A stretch of DNA of 64,000 nt from Paragordius varius (taxonomy: Eukaryota; Animalia; Nematomorpha), in the NCBI GenBank assembly GCA_964247055.1, contig OZ176052.1:11532001-11596000 (forward strand). The letters run 5' to 3'. The notes under the pieces are model-generated. The model saw only the letters and a program-made list of their open reading frames with translations, was not told where the DNA came from and did no database searches. Both the position numbers and the translations under genes were made by a program. This document shows positions 11,442 to 24,888 of this stretch, piece after piece (positions within the stretch are counted from its first letter, which is position 1; every line of letters begins with the position of its first letter).

Positions 11442-14090
11442 TTAAATACTAGCGATGTTAGGTGTAACATCTACGACATTATTATTTTGTACGCGCTGAC
11501 TATTTGTGGTAGTTTTTATTTGACAGTGGTTTTTAATTAAATTTTATTAACTTGTAATAAATTGGAACTTTTTACCATTTTAATTTCCATCCCAAATTTT
11601 GAGCAAAACTCAATTGAAGCAAACAACTGATATCACTCATTTATTTTTTGGGGAGTTTTATATCCCAAAGCAATTTGAAATTTTAATATCTTAAAAGTAT
11701 TTAAGGTATTGGCCGATTAACAATATGCTTTCTTTAGCTTTTTAGGCGCACATTTTTTAAACTAATGTAATTCTCATATCAAACTTATCTAAGACCATTT
11801 TTCTATACTTTTTAGTTAGCTAATGCAACAGGTAAATAAGTATATATTATATGTTAAAACAAATAATTAACAAAAAAGTTTTCAAACTACATATTAGCGA
11901 AAACTTGATTATATTTTGATTAGCTGTTCGTTTCAATGCTAAAAAAATATTATTATTTTAAACACAAAACAATGTTTTAATCAAACTTTCTAAAATGTAG
12001 ATTAATAAGATCCTAGAATATATTACTACCCAAAAAAGTAAACTAGGATAAAAAATGAAAAGGTAAGTTAATATCAATAATCAGGTAATTGATAATAGTT
12101 AGATTAAAAAAAATATATATATAACATAATTTTTATTTGTCTGTTGTATCAAGGTTTTATAAAAAATCAAAACTAAAAATACGGAGAATAAGTCTGAGTT
12201 GAAGATTTTTTTATTTTTCATATTCGGAAAAAATTCATGTGGCTAAAAGAATAAAAAAACGCATTTTTTAATTTGTCCTAAACTACCAAAAAAGTGTTAA
12301 AAATTTTATTTCCGTTCCGTTTTAAAAATCAATAAACAACTTATTATTTAATAATTACTAAATATATTTATTTTCCATTTTTTCGCGCTTTAAAGATATG
12401 AAATAATAACCCCAATTGAGCTACATTTGATATTTTTCCAAAATATATATTAATGACATTAAAATATACTTAAAAAATATATATTTATTTTACGTATTAT
12501 ACAATTCCACAAAAATATAACCTGATGAATTAATAGGAAAAAAGTATTCAGGTTATAATAAAATTTATCATATATATAAGTTTGTATTGCGTGATTCCTG
12601 CATTTTTGCCCTTACTTTAGGAGGACTAGCTTATTATAGAGGAGTAAAAATTGTGGCTTTTGGCACCATCTAAAAATTATTTTTAAAAAAAATGTTTTGT
12701 GTATATGTTATTTTTGATATAATTTATTGATATTTTTTGCGAAGCCTTTTTTATATAATTATATTTTAAAAATGAGTTTTACGATCCGATATGGAGCACA
12801 CAAAGCTATCTTTCTTAAATCACTCGTGAGGACTCAAAACAAAATTACCATGATAATCCCGATATACCATGAGAGATTTATTTCATAGGTTATATTTACC
12901 CCTCGATAGTGTTATCTTAGTTCATGAATAGATTAGAGCAATGTAACCAGATATTTTGAACTTGGGCAGAAAACATACTTTGCCTGTTTTAACACCATAG
13001 TGTGGTATACACAGTTTCAACAACATATCCCGATGAAATATATATATTCTGATAGGAAAATATCAGGATTATCATTTTGGCTTTAACCTTTATGAGTTAT
13101 TAAAGTTAGTTATTTACACTTTTGTGGTAGGTGCTCCGTATAAAATTGCAAAAGGTGCGCAATTTTTTTAAATATATTTTTTGGTGAAAGCTATGCTTTA
13201 TTACAAAAAATATCACTAAATAACATAAACTACATATAAAATGCAAATATAAAAAATTTTAAATTTTTAGATGTGAGCTCTGATAGTCCCAAATTTTTTG
13301 GCCATTTTAAAATTATTCTCCTAAAATAAACGCATCCGACATTGTGCAATGATTTTAAATATATACTAAATTTTGATATCAACTAAATATCGTTTTTAAA
13401 AAATACACACTTTCAAAAATTTAATTTTTAGCAAATGTTGAAGCGTACTTCATGTTATTTGCATGATCGAGATATAAACGCTTCAGATGTTAAAACATCT
13501 GATATATATATATAATTCGATAATGCTAGTCCAAAATTTTGATTAAAATATTCGCTCGTTTTCAAATTTATGTTAAATAAAAATTGTGTTTTTTTACAAA
13601 ATTCACCAAATGCAAGCAAACAAACCTTTAAATTAAACTCTCAACCTATAGTAATGTTCAACATCATCGAATTATTTAGAAAAAAACATTTAAGCGTTAT
13701 AACGTTTCCATCATGCTTCAAAATCGTTAGAAGTACGCTTCAACAAAATATCTCAAATTTGTTTATGCAAAAAAATGAGAAAACTTATAAAAATTAAAGT
13801 TTAAGAAAAAAATTAAATAATATCTAAGCTTCCACCTAATGAATACAGAAAACGTAAAAACTTTTAATTTTCTAATACGAAAAAAAGGTTAGAAACATGC
13901 CATATATAATAAATTTTATATAATATGTTACTGGATAAACAATTTTCTATATAATTTTTCGTGTGATAATTAACAAAAAATGAACTTTCTAAACTTGATC
14001 AAACATTTATTAAAATATCATAAATTAATTTTGTTAATTTTAAATTTTGAGGCACATCTTTTAGCGGAAGCCCTGAGTGAAAGAGCCATT

Positions 14091-14148
14091 AGCCTGAATC
14101 TTACGGTGTGGAGTCCGAGATTATTATTTCGCCACTGCGCGAAAGGCT
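14091..14148. other. GC-rich island predicted to fold as a three-way junction (unassigned)
   Basis: Complementary pairs AGCC/GGCT, AATCT-CGG/CCG-AGATT and TTTCGC/GCGAAA. No family motif recognised. Confidence 0.2.
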
Positions 14149-15468
14149 GCAATCCTAAGTTTAATGTTTAATTCAAGCAGAAAATAAAATATTAACCAAT
14201 TAAAAATAGACCACGGCAAAATAAACCATCTCTTTACAAATTATGGGGTTATTTTTACTGAGGGTACTATATTCTATTCTAAAATAATTTTTTTGAATAA
14301 ATAAAAGGTAATTAATATATATATATTTATAAAATTAATTTTCTTAATTTCAAAAAGCAGTACAAAAGTGGGTGCAGTACTGGCGCAGTTTTTTTCTGAA
14401 AACCTAGTACTGTACTGGGAAAAACAGCCTATCTGGTCACATTAGATTAGAGTCGTTTTGAGTTAGTAATCAAAATGATTGATGAAGTGAAGATAATGCA
14501 TGTATTTTACTCCTCGCCAAGATGGAGAGTTTTTTTCATGATCGAGTAGCATTGAAGCCCATGTAGTATAGAAAGTTAACAACGTTCATGCCGTGTTTTT
14601 GATGAGAAAATAAATGTTCAATATTTTAGCACTTATTGCATTTTGTTTTTTCCCAGTTCGTAAAATACTATTGTTATAATTAAATTGATCTAAACCCTCT
14701 TTTATTTATTATTTAAGCCCTGAATACAGATTGAAGCATTGATATTATATATGGGTATCCAAAATTCTCTATGTTATTACAATCTCAAGAATTATTTTAA
14801 TGTTCTTATCATAATATGCATTTATTTGTATCTCGTATAATGGCGGCAAATATGAGAATAATTTTGACAATTATCTTTTAAAACATTCATTTGTATCATA
14901 AGCCTAGAAATCTAAACATTTGAACCTTGTTCCTCTAAAAATACTTTTTTTAATATATGAGTTTAAATGGCTCTAGGGACTTAACTTCTTCACAAGAATA
15001 TTAAGTGCAGATGAAATATATTAAAATTATATCTCAAAATGCATTCAGCGTCAATATTTTGTTTAAAATAAAAATGTGCATTCATATATCTTAGTTTAAG
15101 CGCTCCTAACGCTCACACCTTTAGGATGTAATAATATAGATTTGACAAATCCTCATTCCAAACTTTTGCGGTCATTAATATCTAGATTTTTAACTGAATC
15201 ACTAAAAATTTTACTTATGTTATAAATTATTGCCTATTATATTTTGAATAATTTACCATTTCATCTAATAGGGTAAAATGACACCCAAATATGTTCTTAT
15301 ATTAAATTTTGATTCTACCTGTAAAAATAATTAAAAAATTATTAAGGCCAAATATGTAGTATATGGAACAATAACAGTTTTAAATTATAAATGAAATTTT
15401 TGGAGCATTGCTATTCATAACAGGTAATATGCATATGTTTATGTAATTTATCCATATGTTCATACTAT

Positions 15469-15951
15469 ATGTATAACCAGCCTGGCCAATACTACCCTCC
15501 CCCTTACAGTAAATTGCAAAATTTTTATTTTATACTTAAGATTATGGACGTGGTCCACCAGGACCTTATATGAACCCTTATCCTGGACCTCAACCCTATT
15601 GTCAACCACAACCTGTTTACAGGTATGTCAAAATGTTCTCGTTTTATTTTCGATTATAATAAAAAAATATAAAAGATATAGACTTAAATTTAAGTTTTAC
15701 CTCAATTTTGCAGTTTTTTTTCCGGTTAAAAACTTAACGATCGATATTGTGTATTAACTAACTAATCTTACTCCTCATTATACAGACCTTGGTGGAAAGA
15801 TTGTTGGCTTTACACATTTTGTGCCACGTGCCTTTGTTGCTGGTGTTGTGGAGATGCCCCGTGTTGTGGATGTTGTGATCCCACATGTTGCGATCCAGCC
15901 TGCTGTAATCCGGATTTATGTTGTGATCCCGGATGCAGTGATTGCTGTTAA
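15469..15951 (+). CDS. CYSTM-family paralog 2 with extended CC-x-P cysteine tail, about 95 aa
   Basis: Exons 15469-15508, 15541-15622, 15786-15951 (introns 32 and 163 nt, phases 1 and 2 as in paralog 1). MYNQPGQYYPPPYNYGRGPPGP...VYRPWWKDCWLYTFCATCLCCWCCGDAPCCGCCDPTCCDPACCNPDLCCDPGCSDCC* shares CWLYT-CATCLCC with paralog 1. Confidence 0.8.
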
Positions 15952-18900
15952 AAACACAAATCATTCTAAATATACGGTAAAAATTTAAATTTTATAAAAG
16001 ACAAAAAGTAATTATAATGAAAACAATTTTGTAAATTCCCGATTTTTTATATTTAGCCAGACAAAATTAATATAAAAAAGCCAAACTTTTGGAGTATATA
16101 GCGTTTATGATTATAATTGTGAAATATAAAATTGGTTATAAAATAATCATGTTTCTTGTTGTTAAGTAGCCCAAAATGATAGATAAGATTTTAAAAAATA
16201 AGATAATCATACTTATACTGATTCATTAACTTGTGTTATTTTGTTCCAATTTAATTTTATTTTTTACATATCTTTAATAAAGAACTCAAATCAAAATATT
16301 GCAACCACATAACAAGTATTTATTGTCCCGAAACGAACACACTCATATATATATACTAATATTTAATTTTTCCCATTTTTAGTATTTGAAAATTAAATTT
16401 TTATAATTATATTTGCTTATTGTCACACAAAACCCGTTCAAAAATTCTCATTTATTTATTTGATTATTATGCAAAACTATGTGTGCCTTTAAAGACAAAA
16501 AATTGTTGTCAAATCTATTCTACTACGCACGGAAATATATATATATACATATATATATTTATTTTTATTGATAAATAAAAAGTATATTTTTATATATTTG
16601 CACATATATGTGACTCATAACATAAATAAAAGTATATTATTTTTAAAATATAAACAGTTGATTCAAGGTTAATATTTGTATGAATTATTAATTATATATA
16701 TGGTGTATTACAAATATAGTTTACCGGATCTATTAAGTTTCTTTGCAAAAAGTTTTTTGTCTTATAGTATAAATGTGTGGTTATATATAAAAAATGTAAT
16801 TAATATTAGTTTTAAATTTTAGTTAATTTGTTTATTTTTCATTTTATATTCATTTTAGGTAAAAACAAATAAAATTTAATTTTCAGTTATAACGGCAAAG
16901 TTTTTTGTAATCAGATCGTTGTGATAGAGAGGTTTAAACTATATCCGGAGTCATGGCAAAATTAAGAATGACCAGCCGACTTCTTAACGCAATTTAACCC
17001 TATTTTGACATAAAATTTTATGGGGAACTGGAAGTTTTTCTAATATAGTTAAAAAATAGGAGATATAAAAATAGACACTTCATTACCTTTTGAGGTGGTT
17101 TTCTATCCCCGTTAATTTACGATTCGAGCGAAAATCTAATTTGCCCAAATATAAAATATAGCCTTATAGGCGCATTATGCAAAAAAAATATTTTTAGGGT
17201 GTTAGTTTGTAAAAAATCATCTCAAACTCTCCAATTCGGATTTTTCTAAATTACCTTATTTGCTAAAATAATATAGCTAACTCAAAATTCAAAATTATTT
17301 TCTCAGAAAACATTAATATTAATAGATCAGTCGTTGTTTTAGTTGGATTCAAAAAAATTTTTATAAAAATATTTACCATAATAAGTGCAAAATCGCTTTT
17401 TTTATAATTGAGCGAATTCCGCAATCATGCAAATATCAGACAATAGTTTTTTTGCCACCACCAATCCAAATATCTTGCAAACCACAAGGCTTATTTTCAT
17501 ATTCATCTGCGCTGCCGAAATATATGAAAGACTTTGCCATATTTTTTAATTTTGAAAATATTTGGGTTTTATATTAAATAAGGGCGGAAATATTTTGAAA
17601 TTTTATCCCAAAAATCATAAAACAACAGGTATTAAATATTTTCATACTATCCGGCCCCTGTCATATGTCGTTGGCACTTAATCGACAATGTAATCAATAA
17701 TTCAGTATATTTTTTCTGCAATAAACAGAAAAGGGTTCAGTCAAATGATTTTTATGTTTGAACTCGTTAATTGTTCGGTCATACCATATTTAATCAAAAA
17801 AAGGTCTTGATTAAATTTTTGCTTTACAATGGCCTATAAGTGATTTATTGAATATATGTGGTATCAGCTTTGCTATAAATGCTTAGCAACGTTATCTTTA
17901 TTTTTATATAGAGGAGATAACATGGGAAAATGCCGTACCCATGGAAAAGCACTCAACTAACTTTTTTTTATACATAAAATTCATAAAACCATATTGGGTT
18001 TTATATAGATTAAACATTGCTTTAAAGCTACCATGTTATTAAATGATATGGTCTATTTTCAGTGTGTAGAGCCCTAACCAACACTTTTTACCTTTTAACC
18101 CCTTATTAAATATTTATGGTCTCATAGCGCTGAAAGTTTTTGGCTTTATACTGGAATAACCTAATTGATTTTATATATTTTTGGAACTTGGGCGAAATTT
18201 GTTATTTTATTTTACGGAATCATTTTAGGGGGAAACGGATTTTAAGGGTAATTTGAATACGACTATGTTCGGCGCAATCAAACATAAAATGAATATTATT
18301 AAATTTGAGTGATGTTATACGTTTTCCGGAAAATTGACTTAAATTTAACATTCTATATTTTAAAATATGTATATTTATTTTATTTTTCTTACTTTATAGG
18401 GTATCGACAATATTTGGATTACTAGTCTTCTATAATATATTATTTTAAGAGTTTGAAGAGAAAATGGTGCTTAAAACATAAGATCAATCACAAGCACTGT
18501 GCGATTTAATACTGTAAAAAATCTACTATCACCCTTTCATCTTAATTAATGTCAGCTTTAAAGCAATTATTTGTAAAGTTATGAGATCACTGGACTATAA
18601 TAGAGATAAAAATTGATTCCTTATAAGGCCTTAAGGTTTGGCCCTATCCCAAAAATAAGTTAAAATCGTTATTAAAAATTTTGTTTTGTCGACAAAAATT
18701 CCCAAAATAGAATAATGAAATTGTGTTCCTAGTACATTATTTAGGTTGCAAAAATCGTGAATGCTTTTTTATTCCCTCAAGTTTTGACCCCGAAATACGC
18801 CCAATCGAGATTTTGTGCATCTTTCAGGAATGGAATCGATTAGTGTGTTTAAGTTTTTTTAATTTATTGCAGTGCAGTAAATTAGTGCTTTTCTATATAG

Positions 18901-19257
18901 AGTAAATACCCACTAACTATAAAGGCTATTAGAACCAACCTGATCGTATAATTTGTTCTGTGTATTTTGAAGAATTATATTTTATTCAAGAGCTATATTG
19001 TCAATTTTTTACAAACAACATGTTAGGATGTTAACTATCCTGGTTACTATCTACCCATATTGAACGTCAAGTTTAAACAAAGAGCTATTTTTTAATTCAT
19101 AAATAAGTTTGATTCTGATAAGTTTCATTTTTTCCATTTCTCGGAATTATTGAATGGGGTATCGTTTAAATCGAAGAATGAAACGAAACCAAAATGTTAA
19201 AACCAATATATATTGAATTGTGAGGCATAATATAATAATTAATTGCGCTCATTAAAT

Positions 19258-22200
19258 TTATTTATTATCACTATCAACAAAATGCTCATGGTCTGTTATT
19301 ACAGTGTTTGGGTGAAGTATTTTAGACTTGAGTACAGTGACGGTGTTAGGCAAGGATGACGCATATTGACTCTTTTTAAACATGAAAAACAGAACCAACA
19401 ATAGTAAAAATAATACAATAATTGTTATAGACAATATTTCGATAATGTGTTTCTGCATTTGTCGCTTCTTCTGACTAGAGGGGGATTTCATATGGCCAGC
19501 AAATTCGTCACACATTGGTTCCAACTTTTTCAACAAAGTTGATGTATCGGTTAACTGAACGTTTGACATATTTAATTTTGTGTTTGAACACGTACCAATA
19601 ATTTGTTTGGCTTGCGATCTGTCTTCGAAATCACCAAAATCGCCCTCGTCCTCCTCTTCAAGATCGGTTAAAGTGGTGGAAAAATCTTTCAAGGTATCGA
19701 AAGATTTCGCAAGTTCATAAACATCACAATCACATATTATAGGATTATCTAAAAAAATGTTTTGAATTGATTATCATTTATAATGATTAAATGTCCACAA
19801 AATTGTTAAATTTTAAAGTCATTCTCTGTTCTTTTGAATAAAGATAAAGCTAATTAACAAATTCCTTATATAATGTGGCAAACATATATGATATAATATA
19901 TTTTAAAGTATTAATATATATATATATATATATATATAAATTCCAATAAAATTCTAAAAGACGGCATATTTTTATTATCTATGATTGGCTAGTTAGGTTT
20001 GGGCCTGTTAAAAAACCGCCTGGCTTCTCAGTTCATGCAGTCATCGTTCGACTCAATCAAATAGTGTTACAAATTCAAAATGGTATTGTGCCTTCATAAA
20101 TAAAGTTATACAAAATCAATTATGTTTGTTTTTAATTGATAATAGCATTTTATTACCAAGTCTATTTAATTTTTTCTATTAAATTGTCAAGTAATGATAA
20201 ATACGTTTGAAATTTATGCAGTCACGAGTCCTCATAAATGTTTTCCAAGAACATTTATAATAAAAAAATATAAATATTTTTGTATAAAACATAATTTTAA
20301 GTTGGTCCGATGACAGTTCAAATTGGCCTTAAACAATTTAAGTTGGCCCATAATATTACAGGTTGGGCATTAACCATAATCTATTGCATGTATTTATCTA
20401 TTGGATCAATTTTAACTAACACTTTGATTTATGTATAATTTAGCGCCTTTCATTCAAAATTTTTATTATCAGCAATATATTTCTTTCTAATCATCACTAT
20501 ATATACTTATTTAAGATGTTAAATTGAGATAAATTAGTCATAAAACTTGTATATTTTTAACTTATGCATTAAAACCTAAACTAAATCAATTTAGTTTTTT
20601 ACTAAAAACATATTGTTATTGAATGAAAGAAGTTGAGCTTGACTGACGTGGATAATGCTAGGAAAGATGAATTACCCTGATTAATTGTTCATAATCATCG
20701 GCGAAATAAAAATGTTTAAGATTAATTTTAAATGTTCAAGTACTAAATTGTATGCTTAACCCTTAAATGTTCAGACCAATAAAATCAAGGGCCGACAAGA
20801 AATGTAAGGAACATTTTGAGAGATCTTATATGTTTATAGGCCAGTCTATAATATTTAAAGACCAATCTAAAACAAGGACCGACTTAAGGTGTAAATGGTT
20901 TGATTAATGTTTTGTGTAGCCGTTTATTAAGCATAAAAAAATATTGATAAATAAATAAATTAAATATCATACCTTTTAGATATATCATCCCTCTTTTCGG
21001 AAAATTAGATATCAATTCTGCCAAACCTTTAACATTACTAATTAAATTGTCATTTAACATGATTATGGATAGATTAGAAAATATAACAAAATGTTCAAAC
21101 GGAACACTTGTAAGCCTATTATGATCTAAATCTATTAGTTTTAGAGAATCCTTGAAAGTTAAATTGGGATCGATGATCAATGTGTGGATCATATTGTAGG
21201 ACAGCGATAAATATTGTAGTTTGGACGAAAAGTTAAGATGTGTAAAATCAACTTTTTCAATTTTATTTTTTAAAAATGACAGTTTTGTCAGGTTGGACAA
21301 GTTGTTGAGAAATGGTGGCAAATTCGTAAATTTATTTTGACTTAGATCTAAATTGTCCAAAGATCCAGAAAAATCTGCAAATACAGCAGGTGATATTTGC
21401 GAAAACAAATTATTCGTTATATAAAGACTTTTGATTCCATTACATCCGGCTAAGGGATTGATTTTAGTGAAAGCCATATTGTTTAGGTTATTATCAGAAA
21501 GATCGATCATTTCTAACGGGTTGTTAGGCGTCAGGTCTGTACTTTTCTCACCGTCACTGTCACAGAATGATGGGACTTGTTTTAAAAGATTGTGCCTCAA
21601 GCTGACAATCTTTAATCGTCTAAAATCTTTAAAAAAATCTGAAGTTATGGTCTCTATTTTACAATCATCCAATGTTAACACTTCAAGAGTGGTGAAATAT
21701 TTGTGAAATGGAAGAATTTCGGCATTCAAGCTTTTAAAGGGCATATCGTATAGATCTAATTTTCTTAGCTTAAAATTTGTAGATGATAGAAGGCTATGGC
21801 AAGTGCTGATATTTTTTTGTGACAAAACTAAATTTTTTAATTTTGGAAGGTAATCGAGGTCTTCAATACGCTCCAATCCCATGATTTTATTTGAGTGTAT
21901 AAAATTCATAGTTAAGTTAACCAAATTTTCCATGGATTCTAGGACGGTAAAATCAAAAAATGGCATTTGCTCTAAATGTATTCTCAATGCTTTGAGGTTT
22001 TTACATCGGCCAACTGCTTGAAAAAGATTCTGATAATCTTCTTCTCTATGGAAAATAGGTTTAAAAGCAAAATCCATCAATTTTATTACAGTAAGATCAT
22101 TTAATAAGGAATCTAAGGCCCTAGCTTCGAAATTATTTATGGTAGATGCGCGTAAATTTAATTCATTAATTTTGATTTGGGCAGCTATATGGTCAGGTAC

Positions 22201-22590
22201 CAAATTAGTTAAATGTTCTATCTTACATCCGTACAATGTCAACGATATAGGTGTGTTGGTGAAATTTAAATTAACTGTAAAAACTGTCAGAATGTCATGG
22301 ATGTCTCTTTCTTCCAAGTTCCCAGTAATCATTACATTATATTTATAATATTTGACATTTTCTTTGTCTTTTTTGTCCATATCATTTTGAGTCATTTTAT
22401 ATTGATTGTTTTTTCCTACCTTACAATCTGCAAATAAGTGACTAGGTAATTTTGGACAGATAGGTTTTATCGTTTTACTCTGCGCCGCCGAAATCTGTGT
22501 GTTGATTAATATACCGCTATGGATTATGAAGCCAATCCATATTGAAATAGAAATGCATGATAATTGATGCCAAATATTCATTAGGGTCAT
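19258..22590 (-). CDS. LRR single-pass membrane receptor (LRRs + LRRCT + TM, no TIR), paralog A, about 702 aa
   Basis: Exon 1 22590-20973, exon 2 19748-19258 (GT-AG, phase 1). Hydrophobic N-terminal leader, about 14 LxxLxLxxN repeats, NPIICDC LRRCT created by splicing, TM ILSITIIVLFLLLLVLFFMF, and about 40 aa of cytoplasmic tail. Confidence 0.9.
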
Positions 22591-24208
22591 AATAAATTAG
22601 AATTATAATTAAATAAAAAAGAAAAGATAAATATTAACAAGTTACTATTTCCACCTAAGGGTATCTGATTTTTCCGAAAAAAATATATTTTATTTTATGC
22701 CCGTCATTGTATAATAATAATGTCTAAATTACGTTAGTAAAATATGAAAGCGTTTTAAAGTTAATTTTGTATGCAGGTAGATATTATGCGAAATGTTATG
22801 TGAACTATATGAATAATTTGAAAAAAAATATTCGATAAGTAATTATCATATTTGAATTGTCTGCGATAAAATATTCCGAAAAAATATTAAAACTATTTTA
22901 GATAAATTAGTATTTTTTTACGTTTTTAAATTTAGTTTATTTTTATGGAATTTATATAAAAAAATATTAATTAATACTTTACCTTTTGATGTAGTTTATA
23001 CAATAGAGTCATGTAAAATAGCATATAATAAAATATTTATATTGGCCAAATTTAAAAATCTCTTTAGCCTTTTAGCCCATGCATCAATTTTTTTTTAAAA
23101 ACTTAAAACTACAGGAAAATCTCCATCTCAAACTTTTTGGCCGCCATTTTTTCTTGGGTTAATCGCTAATACAACAGTCAAATGAGTATAAATTATTGTT
23201 CAAAAAATAATTTTTGAAAGCACGTACATTACATTTTACCAACAATTTTTGCTATTTGTTGTTTTTGATCAGCTGTTCAATTTAATCGTGATTTTGGAGC
23301 TATCTTAATTTGGGATTTTACAAGTACTGTAAAATAAGAGTTTTTTTATCTAATAGATCAAAGAGGCTTCGATAAATACAACTTTTAGATTAGTATATTT
23401 CCAAATTTAAGCTCTGGGGTGTAAAACTAACCCATATTGTTTTCAGCAAAAAAAGGTAAATCTGTTAAAATAGCTTAGTTATTGTAAATGGATAAAAATG
23501 GCTTAAAAGATTGGATATTATTTCATTATTTTTATTTTTTGCATTTTTCTAACTGTTAATGATTTGGCCATGTTTCGGGAAAAATAAGCTAATTACCCCC
23601 TTATAAGAGATAGAAATCGAAAAATATTTTAAAATTTTATTGTGTCCGGTTTCATTGTTTTTTGGTAACTAGTTCTGTTTTCGGTCATTTTTAAAATCTT
23701 CCAAATAGCCTTATAATTTTAATAAAATATAAATTAATAGATAAAAATATAAAAATGTAACCTATTATTTAGCAAAAAATTTATGTGTTTCCATTCTCTC
23801 AATAATTTAACAATTAAAGTTTACAATTAGAAAATTTGAAAGAGCTATGTTTTTAACCGCCGTTCCAGTTCTGCAAACGACTACAAAGCTATGGATTGGG
23901 CCCTCATCCTTGCCTTTTATTATTGTTGTGAGTGCATTTTGGGCTTTATAAAATATTAAACGATTTTTAATATAATAATTAGGTAATTGAATGACGTTAG
24001 TCGTCCTTTTCCAAGGTATGAACTTATTTGTTACAAATTACGATTAAAACCTTTATACCCCATACATTTTGATGAGTTGATTTGTTTAAAACAATGACAT
24101 TTATGTTGCATTTTACAGAGCACACGAAAAATACTCCACTAGATTCCTATAAATAAATGTATCTGGATTCCCAATGGTCCTTTTGGTTTTGCTTATGAAT
24201 ATTTAAAA

Positions 24209-24477
24209 TAGGGGTGGCCAAATACGGCCCGGGAAAAATATGGAATCCATTATTTGTATAAACTACTCATAAAATCTTGGCAAAATTGATAGTTCTTAAA
24301 CATTTTTTTCCAAATAAGTATCCAAATAGCAAGAATGAATAAATTGTTGCACATTCAGTTTTTATTCAGTCTTATGATTGACTAATAAATTATTAGAATA
24401 TATATTCCAAATGTGGCCCGCCGAAATTGTTGAGGTAAAAATGCGGCCCGTGAAGCCATTTGTGTTGGACATCCCTG
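24209..24477. mobile_element. degenerate hAT-type MITE
   Basis: Ends TAGGGGTGGCCAAA / GTTGGACATCCCTG with GCGGCCCG subterminal motifs and an imperfect 8-bp TSD (ATTTAAAA/TTTTACAA). Absent from the homologous site in copy B (about 53650). Confidence 0.65.
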
Positions 24478-24888
24478 TTTTACAATCTTAAAACTTTTGT
24501 GGTTATTGCTAAATATGAAAAATCGCAAATTAGTGATTATGCTAAAAAATTTTCCAACCTTTCAAAAATATGATTAAAGTATATTGGCAACTACATTTTA
24601 TTAAAACTGAAACAATGTAATTTTAGATGTGGGCCTCAAAAGTAACATTTGCCCTCTAATGGGTTACTTTTATAATAAACATTTAAATGCCGAAATTCGC
24701 GATAAAATTTGTAGATATGAAATTTAAAAAATTAATGATAAATATGCATATGTACAGCGCTTTTCATTGTACATAATATTTTGGTGGAATATAAATGATA
24801 TTGTTTTTTGATCTGCTTAGCCATCCATCCCCAAATTTTCTGTTAATCGCGTTTTTGCACTATGTACGGAAGTATAAAATATTATATA

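Noticed and set aside
14060-14220. RNase P/MRP, hammerhead or HDV-like ribozyme assignment
   Set aside because: The CR-I-like motif lacks a well-pairing CR-V/P4 partner, the hammerhead core has an extra base and no stem I, and HDV P2/P3 geometry does not fit. Kept only as an unassigned structure.
17400-17960. Coding-looking stretch also present at 30410-30960
   Set aside because: Frames differ between the two copies and contain stops; no motif recognised. The second copy is explained by the segmental duplication.
20884-20972. Read-through C-termini of the LRR ORFs (568 and 548 aa) as real or secreted products
   Set aside because: They are intron sequence after the AAAG|GTATGA donor, they differ in length between paralogs, and AATAAA is too common here to be evidence.
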